A stretch of DNA of 24,000 nt from Desulfosporosinus orientis DSM 765. Its GTDB lineage: Bacteria; Bacillota; Desulfitobacteriia; Desulfitobacteriales; Desulfitobacteriaceae. The notes under the pieces were generated by a model. That model was not told where the DNA came from. It was given only the letters and a program-made list of their open reading frames with translations, and did no database searches. The translations under genes and the position numbers were made by a program. The stretch is taken from assembly GCF_000235605.1 (NCBI RefSeq), contig NC_016584.1, positions 4,937,151 to 4,961,150 of the forward strand, given 5' to 3'. Shown here piece after piece: positions 8,723 through 14,405 of the stretch (position 1 is its first letter; every line of letters starts with the position of its first letter).

Positions 8723-8743
8723 AATGAGCATAATTTGCTCATT
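8723..8743. promoter_or_regulatory. inverted repeat AATGAGC-N7-GCTCATT, candidate enhancer (UAS) for the sigma-54 activator
   Basis: Perfect 7-bp arms centred ~105 bp upstream of the -24 GG of the 8614..8629 promoter, which is the usual UAS distance. It lies immediately after the RR stop, so it could also be a simple RNA hairpin. Confidence 0.3.
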
Positions 8744-8745
8744 TG

Positions 8746-10131
8746 CTACAAAAGATCATATTCTTTCATCTTTGCATAAAGGGATCGTCGATTTAAGCCC
8801 AAGGTATTGGCTGAATCTTGTCTATTCCAGTTGTGGTCTCTTAATGTTTTGACAATCACCTGTTTTTCCACCTCAGCCAGGATATCTTTAAGGGGCCGCT
8901 TTAGTCTTAGGGTTAGATTAAGTTCTGAGTCTGAGTTTTGAAAGGGTTGAGGATTTCCATCAAAAATACCAAGATCATCCGGCAAAATAACGGCCCCTCT
9001 GGCCATGACAACCGCTTGCTCACAGGTATTTTTTAATTCTCTTACATTACCTGGCCATGAGTAATTAAGCATGAGCTTTAATGCTTCTTTAGATATACTG
9101 GTAATTCTTTTGGCATGCTTTAAAGCAAATCGATTAATAAAGTAATTGGCTAAAGGGGTAATATCTTCTTTTCTCTCCTTGAGAGGGGGAAGCTTGATAT
9201 TAACAACGTTCAGTCGATAAAATAGATCCTCTCTGAATTTTCCTTCCTCAACTAACTTTTGTAACTCTTTATTAGTAGCTGCCAGAATGCGGATATCCAC
9301 CTTAATACTATTAATTCCTCCAACTCGTTCAAACTCCCGCTCCTGCAGCACACGGAGAAGTTTGGTTTGAGCCTGGTGGGTTAATTCTCCGATCTCATCA
9401 AGAAAAATTGTCCCACTGTGAGCAAGTTCAAATTTACCCAGTTTCTGAGTAATGGCTCCTGTGAAGGCTCCTTTTTCATGCCCAAACAATTCGCTTTCCA
9501 TCAGATTTTCCGGAATGGTGGCACAATTAATTTTTATATAGGGACAATGACTTCGTTTACTGTTTTTATGAATGGATTGGGCAACCACTTCTTTGCCTGT
9601 TCCGCTCTCACCTTGAATTAAGACGGTTATATCACTATCCGATATTCTGCCAATGGTTTTAGAAATCTCCTGCATGATTCTGGATTCCCCAATAAAGTTA
9701 TCCGATTGATTCAGATCATCTTCTAACTTTTCACGAAGGGTAGCAACCTCAGAGACAAGATTCTTCATCCTTACGGCTTTCTGAACGGACAAAATGAGTT
9801 CGTCCAGGTTGAGGGGTTTATTAAGGTAGTCATGAGCCCCTTCCTTCATAGCTTGTATAGCTATTTCAGTGGTACCAAAGGCAGTCATCAAAATGACAGG
9901 TACACTAACTCCAATATCTTTAATTCGTTCCATAACTTTGATGCCATCATCATCAGGAAGCTTAATATCTAAGAGAATAGTATCAGGATTAAAATTATCT
10001 AAAGCCTCCATTCCCTCTGCCGCCGTATAGGTCACATAAACTTCATACCCCGCACTTTCCAGAACATCACGCAGCAGTTCACAGACGCCCTCTTCATCGT
10101 CAATTACCAGAACTCTAGCCATTCTTGTCAC
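8746..10131 (-). CDS. sigma-54-dependent response regulator (NtrC/AtoC/ZraR class enhancer-binding protein)
   Basis: 461 aa. REC domain (VLVIDDE...LLDIKLPDDDG). AAA+ domain with Walker A GESGTGKE, ESELFGHEKGAFTGA (GAFTGA loop) and Walker B TIFLDEIGEL. C-terminal Fis-type HTH (ANTLGLNRRSLYAKMKEY). Confidence 0.95.
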   Translation of the reverse strand: MTRMARVLVIDDEEGVCELLRDVLESAGYEVYVTYTAAEGMEALDNFNPDTILLDIKLPDDDGIKVMERIKDIGVSVPVILMTAFGTTEIAIQAMKEGAHDYLNKPLNLDELILSVQKAVRMKNLVSEVATLREKLEDDLNQSDNFIGESRIMQEISKTIGRISDSDITVLIQGESGTGKEVVAQSIHKNSKRSHCPYIKINCATIPENLMESELFGHEKGAFTGAITQKLGKFELAHSGTIFLDEIGELTHQAQTKLLRVLQEREFERVGGINSIKVDIRILAATNKELQKLVEEGKFREDLFYRLNVVNIKLPPLKERKEDITPLANYFINRFALKHAKRITSISKEALKLMLNYSWPGNVRELKNTCEQAVVMARGAVILPDDLGIFDGNPQPFQNSDSELNLTLRLKRPLKDILAEVEKQVIVKTLRDHNWNRQDSANTLGLNRRSLYAKMKEYDLL

Positions 10132-11950
10132 CCCTCTCAGCTATTGGTAAATAGATTGTCATGATTGTACCTACATTAACAGTGCTTTCAACTTCATAGA
10201 AACCCTTATGAGCTTCGATAATTTCCCGGGCAATCGCCAAACCTAAACCGGTACCTTTTGATTTGGTCGTGAAAAATGGTTCAAAAACCTTTCCTAAATT
10301 TTCTTCTGAAATACCACAGCCGTTATCTTTAATGGACACTCCAACCATATTTTTTTCTTCGTCATAAAAGGTTGTTGTCTCTAATTTACCCTTTCCTTGG
10401 GTTGATTGAAAAGCATTATACATAATGTTTGAGAGAACTTTCTCAATCTGATGCTCATCCATGATCACATCCGGAAGTTCATCTTCATACTTCGCAGCAA
10501 ATTCTATCTTATCCCCATGGGCATCGCCTAAAAACTGAACCACTCTTCTTACCAGGCTGTTAATGGCACAGGGCTGCATCGTAGCCCGGGAAGGGCGGGC
10601 AAATTGTAATAATTCATCTGTGATCGTCGCCAAGCGGGTCATTTCCCTGTTCACGATGTTTAATGATTTTTGCGATGGGACATGTCCCTGGTTCCAGAAC
10701 TGCATATACCCGGTAATTGAGGTTAAAGGACTTCTAATTTCATGAGCAACTCCGGCAATAATCTTTCCTAATGATGCAAATCTCTCCTGCCGATTGATAT
10801 CTTCCCTCAAGCGAACCATTTCTGTGATATCGCGGAAGTGTAAGAGCGCCCCCACAAGGTCCTGACGTACATTTACCATTAGAGATGTGCTGATCAGCAA
10901 ATGGAGGTGACTGCCCGGCGAATCCTGGTAGAAAACCTGTATATCTTTTACAGGCTTATTTTGAAGAAGAGTATTCTTGACGCAATCGATAAAGGGACTA
11001 TCCTCCGGAAAAATATCCTGCATAGTTAATCCTAAATAATCCTTACTAAGATTGAGCATATGACAGGCAGCGTGATTGATGCTCACAAGCTTTTGTTCTT
11101 TATTAACCGTAATTATTCCGTCATCAATGCTGGTTAAGATTTCTTGGTTATAGTTTTGAACATCAATTAGCTTATTGTACATTTGGTTGATGGCATCCGT
11201 AATCTCCCCAAGTTCTCCCGGCGCCCTCGGGATAATATAGGTAGGATCATTGGATATTGTGGTCAGATTCCGCTTAACTTCATTAACACTCCCGGCAAAT
11301 TTTCGAACCAGACTGATTGTCCCGCCAAGAGCAAACAAAATCCCTAAAGTAATAATTCCATAAACAATTTGTTTCATATTATCAATCTTTTGAGATATGG
11401 GTTTAAAATCCGAACTAGCCCAGACAGCACCAATTGTTATACCGTCCCTAATAATGGGCCGATAGGCTTCCAGTTGTCCATTTTCGGTTATACCGCCAAA
11501 AACCTGAAAGACCATATTCTTAGTCTCAAGGGCATCCTCAAAATTATTCTTTCTTCGCTTGGAAAAGTTTTCTCGTAAATGAACATTATCTCCATCTAAA
11601 ATGACGTCATAATCTTTCCAGTAATATCCTAAATCCAAATTTGGGTATTCTCTCTTTGCTTCAACTATAATAGGTTGTAAGGATTTGTTGAGAGCCTTAG
11701 CTTGATCCCTTTGGGTCATATTCCCAGCCCCAATATCCTCAATCATTTTATTAAAGGTTCCGTTTAAATTTTCATCCAGATAGGTCATAGCCGTTTCCAT
11801 AGCCTTACGCTGATTATCAATCAGGCCCAGTTCAGTGGAATGTACCAGATAATAGAGATATCCCGCCAGCCCTATGGGTATCAACAACAGAAGAGCAATG
11901 ATTTTTAGCAAGTGATCAATGAATCCATCATGGACAATCCTTATCCTCAT
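10115..11950 (-). CDS. membrane sensor histidine kinase (extracytoplasmic Cache/PAS-like sensor, HAMP, PAS, HisKA, HATPase_c)
   Basis: 611 aa. TM1 (~res 15-35) and TM2 (~res 195-215) bracket a ~155-aa external domain, followed by a HAMP-like linker and a PAS domain (ILTSIDDGIITVN). H-box AHEIRSPL, N/G boxes (DNGCGI, GTGLGLAIA). 17-nt overlap with the RR gene. GGAGGAG RBS 6 nt before the ATG. Confidence 0.93.
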   Translation of the reverse strand: MRIRIVHDGFIDHLLKIIALLLLIPIGLAGYLYYLVHSTELGLIDNQRKAMETAMTYLDENLNGTFNKMIEDIGAGNMTQRDQAKALNKSLQPIIVEAKREYPNLDLGYYWKDYDVILDGDNVHLRENFSKRRKNNFEDALETKNMVFQVFGGITENGQLEAYRPIIRDGITIGAVWASSDFKPISQKIDNMKQIVYGIITLGILFALGGTISLVRKFAGSVNEVKRNLTTISNDPTYIIPRAPGELGEITDAINQMYNKLIDVQNYNQEILTSIDDGIITVNKEQKLVSINHAACHMLNLSKDYLGLTMQDIFPEDSPFIDCVKNTLLQNKPVKDIQVFYQDSPGSHLHLLISTSLMVNVRQDLVGALLHFRDITEMVRLREDINRQERFASLGKIIAGVAHEIRSPLTSITGYMQFWNQGHVPSQKSLNIVNREMTRLATITDELLQFARPSRATMQPCAINSLVRRVVQFLGDAHGDKIEFAAKYEDELPDVIMDEHQIEKVLSNIMYNAFQSTQGKGKLETTTFYDEEKNMVGVSIKDNGCGISEENLGKVFEPFFTTKSKGTGLGLAIAREIIEAHKGFYEVESTVNVGTIMTIYLPIAERGDKNG

Positions 11951-11996
11951 AATAATCTCCTCCGATTATCAGCCTGCCTATCTCTATTATACATAG

Positions 11997-12018
11997 AATT
12001 CATCCTTTGATGAGAATT
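11997..12018. promoter_or_regulatory. imperfect inverted repeat AATTCATC-CTTT-GATGAGAATT, candidate UAS / autoregulatory site
   Basis: The core TCATC-N4-GATGA is perfect, and the outer AATTC/GAATT arms are offset by 2 nt. It is centred ~83 bp upstream of the -24 GG at 12090 and ~55 bp upstream of the HK start. It shares the half-site ATGAG with the repeat at 8723..8743. Confidence 0.25.
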
Positions 12019-12088
12019 TTTTTTCACATTCTACGAGTAAATTTTGCCCATTTAAATTTCCTTTCTTGATTATAAAGCCCTTTACAGA

Positions 12089-12104
12089 TGGCATGGTTTT
12101 TGCT
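12089..12104 (+). promoter_or_regulatory. sigma-54 (-24/-12) promoter of the CBS-pair gene pair
   Basis: The plus strand reads TGGCATGGTTTTTGCT with consensus GG/GC spacing, ~52 nt upstream of the ATG at 12156. It is 17/20 identical to the promoter at 8611..8630 on the other side of the HK-RR genes. Confidence 0.65.
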
Positions 12105-12155
12105 TAATATCTTATAAATGGAAAATTCAAGCGACTTAGAAAGAGGCTCATCTTT

Positions 12156-12626
12156 ATGAAAATCACTCTTGGCCAAATCATGGTTCCTCTAGATGAATAC
12201 CCCATTGTTTCAGAAGAAGAGTCCCTTGAAAAGGCCATAGAGTTATTGACGGAAGAATTTAAGCAAAGGGATAACCGCTGGCATAATTTTGAAGCTGTAC
12301 TAACCACCAACTCTGAGGGCGAGATTACCGGAATGCTTACCCTGCGATTTGCCTTAGATGCTGTTCGGGAACTAAAATTCCCAAGTCTCCGTCATAGACT
12401 GGCAGAGCTCTTCGCTGAGGAGCCCGTAAAGAGAAGCCCGCTTCAGGTTAAAGACATCCTACATCCCTTGAAAAGCAGATTAATTGATATTTCTGTCGAG
12501 TTAGATGAAGCCATTGCTTTTCTTTTAAAGCATAATCTAAACTCCATTCTGGTTGCGAAAAACCAACAAATTGTCGGTGTCGTCCGAACCATGGATTTAT
12601 TCTGGTATATTGGCGATGTTTTATAA
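12156..12626 (+). CDS. stand-alone CBS-pair (Bateman domain) protein
   Basis: 156 aa with two CBS-like repeats (IMVPLDEYPIV...ITGMLT and VKDILHPL...IVGVVRTMDLF). RBS AAGAGG upstream. Confidence 0.85.
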   Translation: MKITLGQIMVPLDEYPIVSEEESLEKAIELLTEEFKQRDNRWHNFEAVLTTNSEGEITGMLTLRFALDAVRELKFPSLRHRLAELFAEEPVKRSPLQVKDILHPLKSRLIDISVELDEAIAFLLKHNLNSILVAKNQQIVGVVRTMDLFWYIGDVL

Positions 12627-12644
12627 AATACGGAGGGATGTTCG

Positions 12645-13268
12645 ATGACTCCAACCTACTTATGTCACAACATCATGATACCTATAGATCATTTTCTGAC
12701 CATCAACCAATACGACTCAGTGCGTGAAGCCTTAAAGTTAATGAGAGAATCCTTTCATCAAGAGTCTGCCTGGCAAGGTCCTCAAGTCTTAATTGTTGTG
12801 GATAATCACCAAAAGCCTGTTGGACTTCTGACCCTGAAATGTTTGCTCAAATCCTCTCAGCTAAAGCAATTACAAGAAAGCACATACTTTAAGTCTGAAT
12901 GCGTCAGTTGGCATTATATTAATAAATGTCAAAAATCAGGAATTGCCGTCAGAGAACTCATGCGGCCGATTCACTGTTTCTTCTTTGATTATCATCATTT
13001 TGACATCATAACTGCTGCGGCGGTATTCACCCGCAACGGTATAAACTATATACCAGTTCTTAAGAATCATGAGCTGATTGGCATCATTAATAAATCCAAA
13101 CTTTTCTACGAATTACAGTTCTTAAATACCACCTCTCCCAAGAGCCTTAGGGCATTTGATTCACTGTCCAGAAATTTAAAGGACATAAAAAGCAGTATGT
13201 CTATGCTTTTTGCCGGTATCTTTCCGTCGGATATCAGAAAACTTGATAAGCGGCTGCCCAAGTTTTGA
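12645..13268 (+). CDS. stand-alone CBS-pair protein with a ~50-aa C-terminal extension (paralog of the upstream gene)
   Basis: 207 aa. CBS-like repeats (IMIPIDHFLTI...PVGLLT and VRELMRPI...LIGIINKSKLF) are colinear with the upstream protein. GGAGGG RBS 7 nt before the ATG. 18-nt spacer from the upstream gene. Confidence 0.8.
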   Translation: MTPTYLCHNIMIPIDHFLTINQYDSVREALKLMRESFHQESAWQGPQVLIVVDNHQKPVGLLTLKCLLKSSQLKQLQESTYFKSECVSWHYINKCQKSGIAVRELMRPIHCFFFDYHHFDIITAAAVFTRNGINYIPVLKNHELIGIINKSKLFYELQFLNTTSPKSLRAFDSLSRNLKDIKSSMSMLFAGIFPSDIRKLDKRLPKF

Positions 13269-13368
13269 CCCCCATGCCGCGGCACCGGCAGATGATGTGA
13301 AAAGGGGCCGTGTTCTAGGTCGGGCAGCTTCGCCATATCCGTGCAAGATAGTAGCAATAAAATAGCAT

Positions 13369-13407
13369 AAAAAAACCGGCCGGAATTATCATCCGACCGG
13401 TCTTTTT
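13369..13407 (-). terminator. rho-independent terminator (strong for dapF; probably bidirectional for the CBS genes)
   Basis: Arms ACCGGCCGGA (13375..13384) / TCCGACCGGT (13392..13401). In the minus-strand RNA the stem is 10 bp with one G-U, followed by TTTTTTTT. In the plus-strand RNA it has a C-A mismatch, followed by CTTTTT. Confidence 0.7.
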
Positions 13408-13417
13408 ATGCACACTC

Positions 13418-14263
13418 TTATAGTCCCAGCCATTCCCCTTTAAAGGCATAAGCTGCCGGGCCTGTCATGTAGACATGATTATCTGCTCCCCACTCGATGA
13501 ATAGGTCCCCCCCCGGCAAATGAACGGTAACCTTCCGCTCCGTCTTATGATTAAGGACTGAGGCAACTACTGAAGCACAGGCACCTGTACCACAGGCCAG
13601 TGTAGGGCCAGCTCCCCGTTCCCATACTTTCATGGTTATCTCCTGGGGAGAATTAATCTGAATAAACTCCACATTGGTTTTACGGGGAAATAGTGAATGC
13701 TTTTCAATGGCGGGGCCAACCCTGTCAAAATCAAGAGTGGCATAATCCTCGACAAAAATGATACAGTGAGGATTCCCCATGGAGACCGCCGTATATAAGT
13801 ATGTTTCACCTAATGCTTCAATGGACCGGCCAATAACCGGTTCTCCTTCTCCCAACACAGGAATAAGCTCAGCTTTCAAAACAGGCTCACCCATGTCAAC
13901 TTGAACACCTTGAACTTGCCCATCTTTGATAAACAGCTTAGGTTTTAAAATCCCTGCCCCGGTTTCCACCAGCATAGAGTCAGAAACAACAATCCCTTGA
14001 TCATATAAATACCTGGCAAAACAGCGTATACCATTGCCGCACATTTCAGGTTCCGAGCCATCAGAATTAAAGATCCGCATCCTGGCGTCGGCAACTTTTG
14101 AAGGAAGTATCACCACCAGCCCATCCCCGCCTATGCCAAAGCGGCGGTGGCAAAGCTTTTCCGCCAGTTCCGAATAGTTGGCGTTCCCCTCTTCACCAGA
14201 ATCCGACATTTGATCTAAGAAAATAAAATCATTTCCCAAACCATGCATTTTAATAAATTCCAT
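13418..14263 (-). CDS. dapF: diaminopimelate epimerase
   Basis: 281 aa. N-terminal F.KMHGLGNDFI motif and both catalytic-cysteine motifs (MCGNGIRC and ACGTGACA). Confidence 0.95.
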   Translation of the reverse strand: MEFIKMHGLGNDFIFLDQMSDSGEEGNANYSELAEKLCHRRFGIGGDGLVVILPSKVADARMRIFNSDGSEPEMCGNGIRCFARYLYDQGIVVSDSMLVETGAGILKPKLFIKDGQVQGVQVDMGEPVLKAELIPVLGEGEPVIGRSIEALGETYLYTAVSMGNPHCIIFVEDYATLDFDRVGPAIEKHSLFPRKTNVEFIQINSPQEITMKVWERGAGPTLACGTGACASVVASVLNHKTERKVTVHLPGGDLFIEWGADNHVYMTGPAAYAFKGEWLGL

Positions 14264-14348
14264 GGATTCTCCCCCAAATCAATGTTCGATATTCGAGATT
14301 TATTGTTCAAAGCCAGTTTTGAATATCAAACTTACTCTTCTGGATAAA

Positions 14349-14377
14349 AGAATACTACGCCAGTTAAATTGGGTCAA
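14349..14377 (-). promoter_or_regulatory. candidate sigma-A promoter for dapF
   Basis: The minus strand reads TTGACC (14377..14372), a 17-nt spacer, then TATTCT (14354..14349), ~85 nt upstream of the dapF ATG. Sequence match only. Confidence 0.3.
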
Positions 14378-14405
14378 CGGGCAGACTGGTTAACCTCAAA
14401 ATTAC

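Noticed and set aside
13269-13368. Relatively GC-rich ~100-nt spacer after the second CBS gene, considered as a possible sRNA or cis element
   Set aside because: I found no convincing promoter, stable hairpin or recognisable motif. It is most simply the 3' UTR preceding the terminator at 13369..13407.
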